Virus record (IMG/VR): IMGVR_UViG_3300036861_000789
Location: 1 to 53,356 of that record
Strand: one strand, 5' to 3'
DNA length: 53,356 bases
Origin: a virus
Taxonomy: Duplodnaviria > Caudoviricetes
Shown: one piece after another, positions 24,704-34,841 of the stretch
Layout of the letters: every line of letters starts with the position of its first letter
How positions within the stretch are numbered: the first letter of the stretch is position 1
The notes under the pieces: model-generated
Database searches by the model: none
Seen by the model: only the letters and a program-made list of their open reading frames with translations
What the model was told of the DNA's origin: nothing
Translations under genes and position numbers: made by a program

Positions 24704-26319
24704 CAGTCGCCCACTTCCAGGTCATACCAGGTGCGGGTGCCGTTGTTGACAGCGTTCCAGTCGGCGAACTCGGCCAGCACATCATCCCAGGTGCGGAAGT
24801 CAACTGTCGGATTCGGCTGCCCGGCGCGGCCACGGACCAGATCATCCCAGTTCAGCCCGGCATCGACGATTTCCTGCCAGGTGGAAAAGGTGTCACACAG
24901 ATCTTTGAGACGCGAACCGCAGACACCCAAGGTGGGGCCAGCCACACGAGCCACTTCGACGTGAGGCAAGGTCGCTACCCGGACCTGGAATTTGTGGTCG
25001 GTCAGCCCTCGCTCAAAATCGGTTTCGCCGACATCCATGTAACGGTCGGGGATGCCATATTGCGGCGGGCCTTGGAACAGTAGCGGCGACCCGGGCTTGG
25101 TGATCAGTTTCAGTTCGTCGCGGTCAGCGAACGTGCGGGTCACGAGGGTGAGGACGGAGGTGACACCGCGACGGGTTCGGCTGATCGCAATCGGGAACTC
25201 CGCATTGGTCGGATTGACCGACATGCTGTTGGTGGCAAATGATTCCGTTGCCATGGATGCGAAGAAAACACCCGAGCCGGGCAGGCAATCAGCTGAGGCA
25301 ACCTGATCGAAACACAGCGGCACCACCAGATCCCGGCATGGGCGCACCGGATCTTTCAACCTGAACTTTCCATCCGAACCGATCGTCAACGGCGGGGTTT
25401 CGGCGGTGACGGGCACACAGGGGGCGCAGGGGTCAGAGACGTACAGGTTGTCCATGGCAACCACGACGGGCAAGGTGTTGGTGTTGCCAGCTGCGAGGAT
25501 GGTGCGGAATGCGACTGCTCCGCCGCTGGGGAATGATGTGTCGGTGGTGGTGGTCGTGAATGCCGCCGGTTCAGGTGCGCTGGCATCCCACAACTTCAGG
25601 CTGAGCGTGCTCCCATGCATGTGGAACAGCGCATCGATTTGGGTGGCCGCCGTGTAGGTGATGCCTGTGGCCACAGAGGTCAGGGTGGTGAAAACTCCTG
25701 CGACATTTTTGCGGATGCGAGCGGTCACCGTCCCGGCTGTCTCGAATCGTGCTTCAGCGAGATAAAAGTTGCTGGCGTCCATGAATCTGCCCGCCACGCC
25801 CATGTCTATAGCAGCCCCAGTGGCTACCACACCCGGCGCTAGAAGAGCTCTGATGTCCACGTTGGTCAGCGGGCCGTCGATGATGGTTCGTCGGGCAGCG
25901 TTGACGGAGCCGAGACTGTGCCGACCGAAGCCCCCGGAAACGGAGTAGTCGGTAGCCACTCCACCGCTCGTCGTCCACACCTGGCCCGAGTCGGCCGTGC
26001 CCCATCCGCCTGCGGCTACAGTGCGGGTAAAAGTGTCAACGATTATAGGATTGCTGATGCATGGTGCTCCGAGGCCTTGCGCCACATAGAACACTTGACG
26101 GTCCAGGGGCACTTCGGTGTCCCAGAAGATCGCATGCCCGCAGGATAGGGCCAGGTAGTCACCGTCGAAGCAGATGTAGGGCCGCAGCGGTGTGCAGACC
26201 CCGGTGACGGAGTCGACGCGCAGGATCTTCACGAAGTCAACGGCTGGGGTGTCAGCCCAGTTGGTTTCGACGCGAACGTAGGCTCGGATCGGATCCGGGT
26301 ATGCTGCGATGACGGGCAT
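24703..26319 (-). CDS. minor tail protein (distal-tail-like with inserted beta-sandwich)
   Basis: Follows tape measure; DTFTRTVAAGGWGTADSGQVW insert. Confidence 0.75.
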   Translation of the reverse strand: MPVIAAYPDPIRAYVRVETNWADTPAVDFVKILRVDSVTGVCTPLRPYICFDGDYLALSCGHAIFWDTEVPLDRQVFYVAQGLGAPCISNPIIVDTFTRTVAAGGWGTADSGQVWTTSGGVATDYSVSGGFGRHSLGSVNAARRTIIDGPLTNVDIRALLAPGVVATGAAIDMGVAGRFMDASNFYLAEARFETAGTVTARIRKNVAGVFTTLTSVATGITYTAATQIDALFHMHGSTLSLKLWDASAPEPAAFTTTTTDTSFPSGGAVAFRTILAAGNTNTLPVVVAMDNLYVSDPCAPCVPVTAETPPLTIGSDGKFRLKDPVRPCRDLVVPLCFDQVASADCLPGSGVFFASMATESFATNSMSVNPTNAEFPIAISRTRRGVTSVLTLVTRTFADRDELKLITKPGSPLLFQGPPQYGIPDRYMDVGETDFERGLTDHKFQVRVATLPHVEVARVAGPTLGVCGSRLKDLCDTFSTWQEIVDAGLNWDDLVRGRAGQPNPTVDFRTWDDVLAEFADWNAVNNGTRTWYDLEVGD

Positions 26320-28127
26320 CAGATTCCCCGGGTTCCGTAGGCCAGGTCACGGGCCGACATGGTGAGTATTTCGCTGATCCGCGAATCAATGAACGCGTTG
26401 AGTTGGGTGTTGCCGACGAACACGTTCACGATCGGGGTGAACATGGAGGACAGGCCCGACTGGTTGAGTAGTTGCATGGCCCGGCTGGGGTCGTTGTTCG
26501 GGATGATGGTTTCCGATGAGCCGCCTTCACCGACGCGCACGATCTGACCGCCTGGGGTGGCGGGGACGATGCCGCCCTCAGCGAATTCTTGAACGCCCCC
26601 GCCGCCGCCTGTGATGGTTCGTTTGCGCAGTTTGCTTTGAGCTGCGACGGCGGCGTTGATGGCTGCGGCAAGGGCTCGGAATGCTGCGGCCAGGCTGGTG
26701 ACGGGTGGGATGGCCGCTGGGTTGATTCCGGGTGCGATGGGTGGTGGCACGGACAGGATCGCCCCGGTCAGCGCATCGAATTTGGCGGCGCTGATCCCTC
26801 CCGCTATGGCAAGGGCTCGCAGCCTGGCTGTGTTGGTGGCGAAGGTGGCGCTGGCTGCTTCGGTGTCGCGGGTGAGGTTGATGGTGTTGGCGCGCTGAAC
26901 AACCAGGGCTTTGGCTGCGGCGACGACTGCGGTTTGATGATCCCGGCCAGCTTGGGTGTCAAGGTTCCATGCGCCTCGGTGGATTTTCAGTGCCTCTGTC
27001 ATGTCGTCAAGTTTTTGTTCGAAGTCGACGGTGCCCTGAAATGCGCTGACGGTGGCGTCGATATAGTCGTTGATGGCTTTGTTGACTTCCTTCATCGCAT
27101 CTTCTTGGGCCTGTAGGGCTGTTGCGGTGCCCCGGACTCCGGCTTGCAATTTCGCCATGGCTTCGGCGCTGAGCAGACCTGTTTTCTGGAAGTGTTCCAG
27201 TTCGGGCTGGATCACGCCGAATACGTCCAGGGCGATGGCAACTTTGCGGATCAGTCCGAACAGGTCCAGGAAGGCGAGGGTCAGAGCACCGGTGAAGGTG
27301 ATCAGGTCCCGGATGAAAAGAAGAATTTCACTGAGGGCGGCTGTGGCATCATCATCGCTGGCTATGACGGCCAGGAAGTTGCCTGCCTCCGCGCCTATTT
27401 CGCGTAGCCCGTCGGCGAGGATGTCAACGAAACGATGCGACTGTCCCAGTGCGACGGTGAGTCCGGGGGCGAATTCCTCCACGAAGCCGAGCAGCGCATC
27501 GACGAGGGGCAGGATGATTTTCGCTGCTTCGCCGAAGACGTTCTGCCACAATGGTCGTAGTGCCATGAGCCGGTCTTCGACCATGACCAGGGCTGCGATC
27601 ATGGGAACGAACAGGACTTGACCGTCTTCGACGATGATGTTGCGCAGGTCTCCCATGAGCGCGGAGAACTCATCGCGGACTTCAGCGAACTGTGCGGCCA
27701 CGACGATGCCGATGACACCCAGGCCTATGGTCAGTCCTGCGACTATGGCTGCGGTGACCGCAGCGGCGACCAGGGCACCGGCGATGGGTGCCACAGCCAG
27801 CAGGGCAGCGCCGAGGACCACTTTGATTTCAGCTGGCAGGCCTGAGATGCCGTCGTCAAGGGCATCGACGATGCCTTTGGAGAATCGGGAGAAGAAGCCC
27901 TCATTTTCCTTAGGGTCGAAGGCCTCACCGAGGCGAGATGAGATTTTTTTCTTCTTGCGATTGACCCCGTCGGCTACCCCGTCGCCGACACTTTCGCCTA
28001 GTTTGCCACCTGATTTGCGGGTGTCCTTCTCGACATCACGGAGGATCTTGTCGATCTCTTTGCCGATTTCGCGGGCAAAGGGCTTGGTGTCCGCATGCAC
28101 CTCGATGAACGCTTTGCCCAATGCCAT
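26319..28127 (-). CDS. tape measure protein (short, 602 aa)
   Basis: MALGKAFIEVHADTKPF N-terminus; Ala-rich helical body; FAEGGIV...VGEGG C-terminus. Confidence 0.88.
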   Translation of the reverse strand: MALGKAFIEVHADTKPFAREIGKEIDKILRDVEKDTRKSGGKLGESVGDGVADGVNRKKKKISSRLGEAFDPKENEGFFSRFSKGIVDALDDGISGLPAEIKVVLGAALLAVAPIAGALVAAAVTAAIVAGLTIGLGVIGIVVAAQFAEVRDEFSALMGDLRNIIVEDGQVLFVPMIAALVMVEDRLMALRPLWQNVFGEAAKIILPLVDALLGFVEEFAPGLTVALGQSHRFVDILADGLREIGAEAGNFLAVIASDDDATAALSEILLFIRDLITFTGALTLAFLDLFGLIRKVAIALDVFGVIQPELEHFQKTGLLSAEAMAKLQAGVRGTATALQAQEDAMKEVNKAINDYIDATVSAFQGTVDFEQKLDDMTEALKIHRGAWNLDTQAGRDHQTAVVAAAKALVVQRANTINLTRDTEAASATFATNTARLRALAIAGGISAAKFDALTGAILSVPPPIAPGINPAAIPPVTSLAAAFRALAAAINAAVAAQSKLRKRTITGGGGGVQEFAEGGIVPATPGGQIVRVGEGGSSETIIPNNDPSRAMQLLNQSGLSSMFTPIVNVFVGNTQLNAFIDSRISEILTMSARDLAYGTRGI

Positions 28128-28174
28128 GGGTCCATCATAGGGTGTTTACCCCATTGTGGCCCATCTTGTCCCTT

Positions 28175-28744
28175 TTACATCGCTGAGCGCATGGCGGCCA
28201 TGAACGCCCGCTCCTCGGCGTCGAAGTCGACTTCGGTCTCCCAGCCTTTAGGCGGGGCTTCGACGCTGGCCACCCAGCTCGTGACACGCTTGGGATCCAT
28301 CAGATTCATGATCTTGGCCCATACCTCGTCCAGCCAGCCAGCGAAGCTCATCCCCGCCGCATTGTTGACATGCAGCCTGTCCCAGACGTCCGGCACGCTG
28401 GCGAGGATGCGGAGCACCACCCACCAGGGCCGATCGGCCACTGTGGAGATCACATCCCAGGCGATGCGGGTGATCTCCTCATCGGTGGCCAGATGATCCC
28501 ATAGCGCATCCTCCACCAGTTCGATTGCGTCCTGACCAGCCATGACAGGAAAGATGTCATAGAGGTCCAGGTTCTTCGCAGTCAGGATGCGGAGCCAGCC
28601 CACAGCATCCAGGGCGGGGATTTCGAAGCTTCGGCCCAGCAGGCTCACCTCCACCGGGCATGGGACCAGGTGAAGGATGAGATCACTTGCGCCGGACACT
28701 GGCCCTGGCCGCCTTGACCGCCTTGGCGGGCTTGACTTCCTCAA
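28175..28744 (-). CDS. tail assembly chaperone (start uncertain)
   Basis: Directly upstream of tape measure; overlaps previous gene. Confidence 0.6.
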   Translation of the reverse strand: MRKSSPPRRSRRPGPVSGASDLILHLVPCPVEVSLLGRSFEIPALDAVGWLRILTAKNLDLYDIFPVMAGQDAIELVEDALWDHLATDEEITRIAWDVISTVADRPWWVVLRILASVPDVWDRLHVNNAAGMSFAGWLDEVWAKIMNLMDPKRVTSWVASVEAPPKGWETEVDFDAEERAFMAAMRSAM

Positions 28745-29033
28745 CCGGTTTGAGTGCGCCGAAGATGGCCTGCAACAATGTCAGATGATCAAGCTTGCCC
28801 CGAAGAAACAGCTGATCAACAGTGTCGCGGTCCCCTTCAGCGATCAGAGACTCCATGAGCGTTCCCAGCCGGTCGATCTGCTTACCCCAGAACTCAGCCC
28901 TGTTGTCGTCGTCGCCCCTGGTCAGGGTGCGCGCCATCCGAGCCAGCGTCTCGAACTGGCCATCAGTCGGGGTGAGGATCCCGATGACTCGACCAGCGAC
29001 AATGGCCGTCTTCGGTCCAGCAGTGTCCGTCAT
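28683..29033 (-). CDS. tail assembly chaperone
   Basis: Position; TACAGT 6 nt upstream of ATG. Confidence 0.6.
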   Translation of the reverse strand: MTDTAGPKTAIVAGRVIGILTPTDGQFETLARMARTLTRGDDDNRAEFWGKQIDRLGTLMESLIAEGDRDTVDQLFLRGKLDHLTLLQAIFGALKPVEEVKPAKAVKAARASVRRK

Positions 29034-29049
29034 GGGACAACTGTAGCGT

Positions 29050-29487
29050 TTAAGTCTGATATATCGTGACTTTGAAGCCTTTGCGTGGCGCAACCAGGAG
29101 CAAGGCGTCCGTCAGATATGGCTGAGCTTTCGTGCCCGGATGATTCACGGACCGGAAAGTTTCCACCTTGCCGGTCCTGCGCCAGAAGAATCTCAGGTTC
29201 TTGGCGCGTTTGGCCGTAATCTTTCTCGCCGGTTGTCCACCATGAACCGAGTTGGCGTAGATCAGAGACGACCCGGCTTCACCTCGGACCCCATCACGCC
29301 AGATGTGGGTGATCTTCCAGCCGATCGACCCTTTGAGCACCCCCGTGGAATAGGGGCCACCTGGAGCATTACGCTTTGCCTGGGTGGTGATAGCACGCAA
29401 TGTGCTCTTCACGAGGGTCTCCGCTTTGGCGTTGGCGAAGGCGGGGACCGCACCTGGTTTGAACTCAAGCCTGGCCATCTGACTCAT
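29050..29487 (-). CDS. neck / tail completion protein (HK97 gp10-like)
   Basis: AKRNAP...TGVLKGSI...YANSVHGG...VNHPGTKAQPYLTDAL. Confidence 0.75.
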   Translation of the reverse strand: MSQMARLEFKPGAVPAFANAKAETLVKSTLRAITTQAKRNAPGGPYSTGVLKGSIGWKITHIWRDGVRGEAGSSLIYANSVHGGQPARKITAKRAKNLRFFWRRTGKVETFRSVNHPGTKAQPYLTDALLLVAPRKGFKVTIYQT

Positions 29488-29815
29488 CCAGAATCTCCGC
29501 CACGAAAGCTGAGATGTCAGCGGCGTCAACGGCTTTGCGTCGGCTGCGCTTGGTCGAATTCGTCTTAGGGGCCACAATGGGCCGAGCCTCTTCCACACCT
29601 GAGTCCTGGCCCACTAGGATTTGCGAGGTGACGATCCCACCAGTGGCAAGCTGAGGCAGCTGACGCAGCAGACCAACCATGGTGGCGTTGAGAATGATCT
29701 GCGGCACCGGTTCGGTAAAGGTGTAGATCTCGCCGAACTCAAAACGGCCCCAGGTTGCCAGGGCTTCAAAGCGTCGCATCATCACACCACCGTCACCATA
29801 TTTATCTTGACCCAA
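29465..29815 (-). CDS. hypothetical protein
   Basis: ORF filling the late operon. Confidence 0.45.
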   Translation of the reverse strand: MGQDKYGDGGVMMRRFEALATWGRFEFGEIYTFTEPVPQIILNATMVGLLRQLPQLATGGIVTSQILVGQDSGVEEARPIVAPKTNSTKRSRRKAVDAADISAFVAEILDESDGQA

Positions 29816-29976
29816 TGCAAGCCGTCGCGCTGATCATCAGCCCGGCGAAACATCTGACCGCATGAGCATTGCACCTGCGAACCAACCCACAGGTTCGCCA
29901 ACTCCACCTGCTGAGCCAATTCAATATGGCATGGGTGGGGGCGAAGAACCTCTTTGATGATCTTAGCCATCAGCAC
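29782..29976 (-). CDS. small hypothetical protein (CxCG)
   Basis: VGSQVQCSCGQMF...W. Confidence 0.45.
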   Translation of the reverse strand: MLMAKIIKEVLRPHPCHIELAQQVELANLWVGSQVQCSCGQMFRRADDQRDGLHWVKINMVTVV

Positions 29977-30503
29977 GGCTCACAATCGTTGATGATCTGC
30001 ACCGTTACCTGCCAGGTGGAGCCAGCACACCCGCCCGTGGTCGGTAGAGGCGACCAGGCCCCAATCGCCACCGAAGATGGATCGAACTGGCCGATCCAAC
30101 AGCACATGGCCCGGCGCATAGCCCTAGCGTCATTGAAAATATCAGTGTTCAGCTCCGTCCACTCAGCACAGGTGGGGATGGTGGTGGCTGAACCCGTTGG
30201 GGCGCAACGCAGAACACCCATCTCCAAGGTGAGACCCCAGGCGAAAGGCCCGCAGGCGTTGACGACCACAGCCGTGTCAGGGTTGGGGAAATCCTCACCG
30301 GAGGAGAACATTTGCACCGGACGAACCCAGGCCAAACCTGAGCAGCACAGATCCTCATAGACACTGGCATCTGAGGAAACGATCTCACCTGTGCGGAAAC
30401 AACATTCGTCAGGGACCTTGTCGGCTGCCATCTCCAAGGGCAAAGCCTCACACAGGCAGGTCAGCAGGGCCTGGGCCACAGGGAGGACCAGAGTGTCTGC
30501 CAT
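29970..30503 (-). CDS. tail terminator-like protein
   Basis: LLTCLC...CSGLAWVR...LEMGVLRCAP...GGCAGSTW. Confidence 0.65.
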   Translation of the reverse strand: MADTLVLPVAQALLTCLCEALPLEMAADKVPDECCFRTGEIVSSDASVYEDLCCSGLAWVRPVQMFSSGEDFPNPDTAVVVNACGPFAWGLTLEMGVLRCAPTGSATTIPTCAEWTELNTDIFNDARAMRRAMCCWIGQFDPSSVAIGAWSPLPTTGGCAGSTWQVTVQIINDCEPC

Positions 30504-30793
30504 TAGATCCCTACCAAAAATTCAGTATTGGCTTCAGCCCATGCAACGCAATCCTGAATGTAGAAACCAGCTATCTCTGCCAGTTTCGCCTTCAGCGACG
30601 ACGCCTGAGCTGGGCCGATTTCAATGCACCAGCATGCGTTCTGCCAGGCACTGGTGGGCTCACTGACCCACTGGCCATGGACTGTGGTCGCAGCGTCCCT
30701 GATGGCGACACAGGCTTCCCGGTAAAAGCTGGCCCAGTCGGCTTGGGTCAGCTTGTCATCACTGTTGCCGATGCTGATATACACGGTGATCAC
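30503..30793 (-). CDS. hypothetical protein
   Basis: TVYISIGNSDDKLTQADW...WQNACWC; GTGA and TAATG coupling. Confidence 0.65.
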   Translation of the reverse strand: MITVYISIGNSDDKLTQADWASFYREACVAIRDAATTVHGQWVSEPTSAWQNACWCIEIGPAQASSLKAKLAEIAGFYIQDCVAWAEANTEFLVGI

Positions 30794-31593
30794 GGGATGG
30801 TCACCTGCCGGGTCACGGGCAGATCTGGCGAGTACACGCGCAGGCGATGCTTGAGCCCATACGGGTTGAGCGAGGTGATGATCTGATCGACTTCGGTGAT
30901 GCCGGTGAGGCCACGATCCAACAAAGTGTCGATATCGACGAAGGTCAGCTGCACGCCTTGGCGGGCGACAGTACTGAGTCGCTGGGGCAGCCTGCATGGT
31001 GAGTCGCAGCAAGCCTTGGCGAACTCACAAGCAAGAATGCCCGTGGCTGAGGCAAGAGCAGCTGGACCAGCCTGACCCCGCTGATAGACCACATTGAGCG
31101 TATTGGCTCCGGTGTCGACGTTGAAGTCCTGACAGCTCGGCCAGCACAGCCCGTCCGTCCTCACCAGCCACTTGTTGTTATCGACTCGCCATGAGCTGGC
31201 AGGGACGAGAAGCCCATCCTGGGTGACGGTGGTGACTGAGTTAACTGGCCCGGGTAGATAAACCTGGCAGCGTGGCTCGCAGGTGCAGCCCGTAGATCCA
31301 CACCAACAGTTGCGCCACTGGCCGTTCCAGATGTAGGGAATCCACGTCCCGTAGGACCAGTAGGAGCCCTGGAAGCAGTTGGTGCACTGCTGACCGCAGG
31401 GCCGCACTGTCATCTCACACAAGCCGAATCTGCGGCCTGTGGCAGCCCACAGGACCAGGGAGGCGTAAGCCGCTGCGGAAGCCTGCAAAGGAGCGCCCAA
31501 ACTGTCCCAGGTCGAGCAGCAGTCAGTGTCAATGGTCCAGGTGCAAGGGCCGCCTGGGTCTCCCGTGTCGAGCGGGATGGTTTCAATTGCCAC
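30790..31593 (-). CDS. head-to-tail adaptor
   Basis: LWAATGRRFGLC..TVRPC...LACEFAKAC...CRLPQRLSTVARQGV...GLTGITEVDQII. Confidence 0.75.
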   Translation of the reverse strand: MAIETIPLDTGDPGGPCTWTIDTDCCSTWDSLGAPLQASAAAYASLVLWAATGRRFGLCEMTVRPCGQQCTNCFQGSYWSYGTWIPYIWNGQWRNCWCGSTGCTCEPRCQVYLPGPVNSVTTVTQDGLLVPASSWRVDNNKWLVRTDGLCWPSCQDFNVDTGANTLNVVYQRGQAGPAALASATGILACEFAKACCDSPCRLPQRLSTVARQGVQLTFVDIDTLLDRGLTGITEVDQIITSLNPYGLKHRLRVYSPDLPVTRQVTIP

Positions 31594-31676
31594 AATCGCC
31601 CCCTTCCCGACCAGTCTAGGCCTTAAGACGCGAAAGGGGCACACCCCGTTGAGTGTGCCCCTCAAACCGTGTTGAC

Positions 31677-32189
31677 CTAGGTCGCGGTGACCAGGATTTG
31701 CAGACCATTGAATGACGCCAAGCTGGTCTGGACGGAAACATCCACTGTGTTCGTGTCGATCACCGTTACTGAGTTGATGATGATCGACGACAGATCCGTT
31801 CCGCCGAACAGATCAACATGGGGTGTGTATGACGCGTCGGGCATGGCTGGTGTGATATCCACTGATACGGTCGCCGGAATGTCCAAGATCAGCGTTGGAG
31901 CCGTGGCTATCCCCGCAGATTTCAGCGAAGCCGATTTCACCGTGATCTCGCTGTAGTAGTTCTCATACTGAGACTGAGTGAACACGGCGTAGACGAAACC
32001 TTGAAGAAAAATCACCTGGTTGCTGGTATTCGCGGTGAACGACGAACCGCCGGAGTCGAAGTGCAGCACCCCGCCGGACTCGGATGTGATAACGAAGTCC
32101 GTGATAGCGGCGTCCAGGTCGGCGGAGTTGCTGCCCGTGTAGACCATGGAACTTCTGCGTTCGCAAAGTTCCCTGATTGGCGTGGCCAT
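31677..32189 (-). CDS. virion structural protein (putative)
   Basis: Ser/Thr-rich beta composition; coupled to upstream gene. Confidence 0.55.
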   Translation of the reverse strand: MATPIRELCERRSSMVYTGSNSADLDAAITDFVITSESGGVLHFDSGGSSFTANTSNQVIFLQGFVYAVFTQSQYENYYSEITVKSASLKSAGIATAPTLILDIPATVSVDITPAMPDASYTPHVDLFGGTDLSSIIINSVTVIDTNTVDVSVQTSLASFNGLQILVTAT

Positions 32190-32731
32190 TACGGAACGTG
32201 AACGGTCGTGACAGCCAAATCCGTTGGCACCGAAACATCACGGATGGTGATGTTGTAGATCCCATTGCTCGGATAGGTGTGAGCGATGGTCGCAGCTTCA
32301 GCCTGAGCCAGATCCGACGTGCCATCACCCCAGAGAATGTCCACCGTGCCAGCCGCGCCAACGTTGGCATACACCAGCGAAGTGGCCAGCGGATTGCCGC
32401 CGACATTGGTGGTGAAGCTGGTGACGGTCGGCTGATTCGTCGATGCCGGGCAAGTGTTGACGTTCTGCTGGATCGCTGAACCGTTGCCGGAGCTGGCGAC
32501 GATGTTCGTCCCCGCCACATAGCCTGCGACAAGATCAGTGCCAGCGCGCTTGAGGACCAGAGCGCCCTTACCGGCGAATACGGCTTCGGGAACAACGATT
32601 TTCAGCACCGGGCCGCTGGAGTCGGTGAAGACTTTGCCCCGATCGGCAGCAGCCCAGCACAGCACCCGCTGAAACGTCTGCTTCAACTGAACATAGGTGT
32701 CGGTTTGGATGGTCAAAGACCCATTCGCCAT
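32189..32731 (-). CDS. structural protein with C-terminal PKD/Ig-like domain
   Basis: VDILWGDGT...AHTYPSNGIYNITI. Confidence 0.7.
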   Translation of the reverse strand: MANGSLTIQTDTYVQLKQTFQRVLCWAAADRGKVFTDSSGPVLKIVVPEAVFAGKGALVLKRAGTDLVAGYVAGTNIVASSGNGSAIQQNVNTCPASTNQPTVTSFTTNVGGNPLATSLVYANVGAAGTVDILWGDGTSDLAQAEAATIAHTYPSNGIYNITIRDVSVPTDLAVTTVHVP

Positions 32732-32741
32732 GTCAGGCTCC

Positions 32742-33665
32742 TTATGCTACGGCCAAGCTGATCTGATACGCGGCTGACGAGTAGTTCATCGGCCACAGGC
32801 GGATGAGATAAGTGCCCGGAGCGCCATACACATGCATGGCAGTCGGGCCGACGGTCACCGTCTCCGTTGGTGTCGAGTCACCCCAGTCGATGATGGCCGG
32901 TAGCGTGCCGGTAGGGATCGTGACCGTGGCAGTCAGGACGCCTGAGTCGACAGCAACCAGATCCAGCGGCAGATCAATGCAGCCACAAGCAGCCAGCGGT
33001 GGAGCCAAAGTGCTCCACAGCCACAGCTCATGATCGGTGGAGCCCACTGGTGACAGCAGCGGAATCGGGTCGCCCAGATTGACAGCGGCCTGGGAGTGCT
33101 GGACGGTGTATGGTCCGACACCCCAGTTGCCGCCGGACTTGGTGCGCCCGGTCAGGACGAAGTCCGCAGCGCCATTCTCCAAAGTCAGATCACCGATGGT
33201 GCCTTCCACGAACCAGGGGAACAGTAGGTAGCCGAAGCGTGGCGCTGGAACCCCTTCGACGCAGGTGTTGCCTGTGGTTCTGGTCCACACCTCCACACCG
33301 GCGTTGACAAGCGCTGAGGATCCTTCGGAGTTGCGGAACCCGATGACGTTGGGTGGGGTGGCATTGTCTTCGATGACGGTTTCCCCGGCGAGGAAGTTGA
33401 CCAGGCGGGGATCGACGTTGCAGAACGTCATCGTCAGGTTGATCCACTTCAGGATCGGCGGATCGGTTTCCTTGACACAGAAAACACCATCACCGTTCTT
33501 CTTGAAGAAATCTTCCCGATCCTCATACTCCCGGGCGATCTCAACAGTGATGATGCCGTCGGAGACGACAGTGGAACAGTTCTCCACGACATCGCCACAG
33601 CTGTTGAGGAGTGTGGCCCGGATGCGAGGGACCTTAAACGGTGTGGCACAAATGGTTGCCATCAC
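32742..33665 (-). CDS. major tail protein with C-terminal PKD-like domain
   Basis: RIRATLLNSCG...VVSDGII...FCNVDP...WGVGPY; IDWGD...HVYGAPGTY. Confidence 0.82.
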   Translation of the reverse strand: MMATICATPFKVPRIRATLLNSCGDVVENCSTVVSDGIITVEIAREYEDREDFFKKNGDGVFCVKETDPPILKWINLTMTFCNVDPRLVNFLAGETVIEDNATPPNVIGFRNSEGSSALVNAGVEVWTRTTGNTCVEGVPAPRFGYLLFPWFVEGTIGDLTLENGAADFVLTGRTKSGGNWGVGPYTVQHSQAAVNLGDPIPLLSPVGSTDHELWLWSTLAPPLAACGCIDLPLDLVAVDSGVLTATVTIPTGTLPAIIDWGDSTPTETVTVGPTAMHVYGAPGTYLIRLWPMNYSSAAYQISLAVA

Positions 33666-33919
33666 TCACCTTCAACTTCTTGAACCTTGCGTGGTCGGCC
33701 GGGACGGCGCTTGAACTGGTCGGCTAGAACCGGTTCGACGTCAGGCTTGAGTGCTTCCAGATACAGCTCATACAGATACTGGGGAACCAGGAACGCGAAC
33801 CCGTTATCAGTGTTGGTTTTGACATCGTTGATGTCATCAGCCAGGGCGAGAAGCAGGGAAGCGGTTTCCTTGTCTTTGCCCAACCCGCGCGGCGGATAGA
33901 CGACTGCTGTTTCGCTCAT
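33662..33919 (-). CDS. small hypothetical protein with AT-hook-like RPGRPRK
   Basis: Between capsid genes and major tail gene. Confidence 0.6.
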   Translation of the reverse strand: MSETAVVYPPRGLGKDKETASLLLALADDINDVKTNTDNGFAFLVPQYLYELYLEALKPDVEPVLADQFKRRPGRPRKVQEVEGE

Positions 33920-33920
33920 G

Positions 33921-34769
33921 TCACACCACGTCCAGGGTCGGATTGGAAGCGAAAGCGGCACATTCGAAGGTGACGATGTATTCACGTTCGCGGAACCCGT
34001 TGACCTGATTGGTGGAACGGTTCAACGCACCCGACAAAGGCGTGTAGAACACATCGGATTCCGGTGCCCGCCAGATCGAAACCTGGCCGGTGATGTAGAA
34101 CCAGGTGGTGTTAGCGGCTGGAGCAGCGCCGACTGGGCTGAGCCCGGCGTAGTTGCCGATGGACACATAAGTGCCCAAAGGTGTGCGCCATACTCCGGCT
34201 GAGTCGCGGTACATCTGCAACGCCTGCATGAGGAAAGCCGAGCCGACGTAAGGAATGTGCAGCACCCCAGGAAGGCCGTAGCCCGCGTAGAATGCCGCCT
34301 CCAGAGCCGAGACAGCTTCGACAACGTTTGTCACCGCACCAAGGCTTGTAGCTGCCGGAGTGTTGTTGGCCAGGCTAGGTGCCTGGCCGCAGGCACCAGT
34401 GGAAAACGTTGCCTCCACAGTCATCTGCTCACCAGCGATGGCCCGCTCACGCAGCTTCTCGCGAAGGATTTCCTCCGTCATCCCCACCGAACCGCACAGC
34501 AGCGAGGTCAGGACAACAAACGGGTCCCCGTCGATTACGTCGTATGGCGTGCCCGGTGCTTTGGCGTCCAGGTCCGGCAAGCAGTTGGTTTCAAAGCAGA
34601 CCGGCTGATCGCAGACAGCTGTCTCGTATTCGATCCCACCTTGGCGGGCGTGGCCGGGGAGCTGATCTGACAAGGTGCCCATCGCCTGGGCGACGGTGAA
34701 AAGGCCATACTGCGGGGTGATGCTGCCTGGGCGGCGCACCAGTTCCCGCTGATTTGCCAGGACTGCCAT
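33921..34769 (-). CDS. second capsid protein (pentamer-type, putative)
   Basis: YGLF...GIEYE...DPFVV...CG...GEQMTVE...GVLH...ITGQV; follows the major capsid gene. Confidence 0.65.
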   Translation of the reverse strand: MAVLANQRELVRRPGSITPQYGLFTVAQAMGTLSDQLPGHARQGGIEYETAVCDQPVCFETNCLPDLDAKAPGTPYDVIDGDPFVVLTSLLCGSVGMTEEILREKLRERAIAGEQMTVEATFSTGACGQAPSLANNTPAATSLGAVTNVVEAVSALEAAFYAGYGLPGVLHIPYVGSAFLMQALQMYRDSAGVWRTPLGTYVSIGNYAGLSPVGAAPAANTTWFYITGQVSIWRAPESDVFYTPLSGALNRSTNQVNGFREREYIVTFECAAFASNPTLDVV

Positions 34770-34841
34770 CTGATTCTCCTTTCGTGGCCTCGTGGCTTTT
34801 GGGGAGAGCCAGCTTCAGCCAGCCCTCCCCTCTCGAAAGGA

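Noticed and set aside
28683-28744. Programmed frameshift between the tail chaperones
   Set aside because: The ORFs overlap, but I saw no XXXYYYZ slippery heptamer; an internal GTG start explains the second ORF
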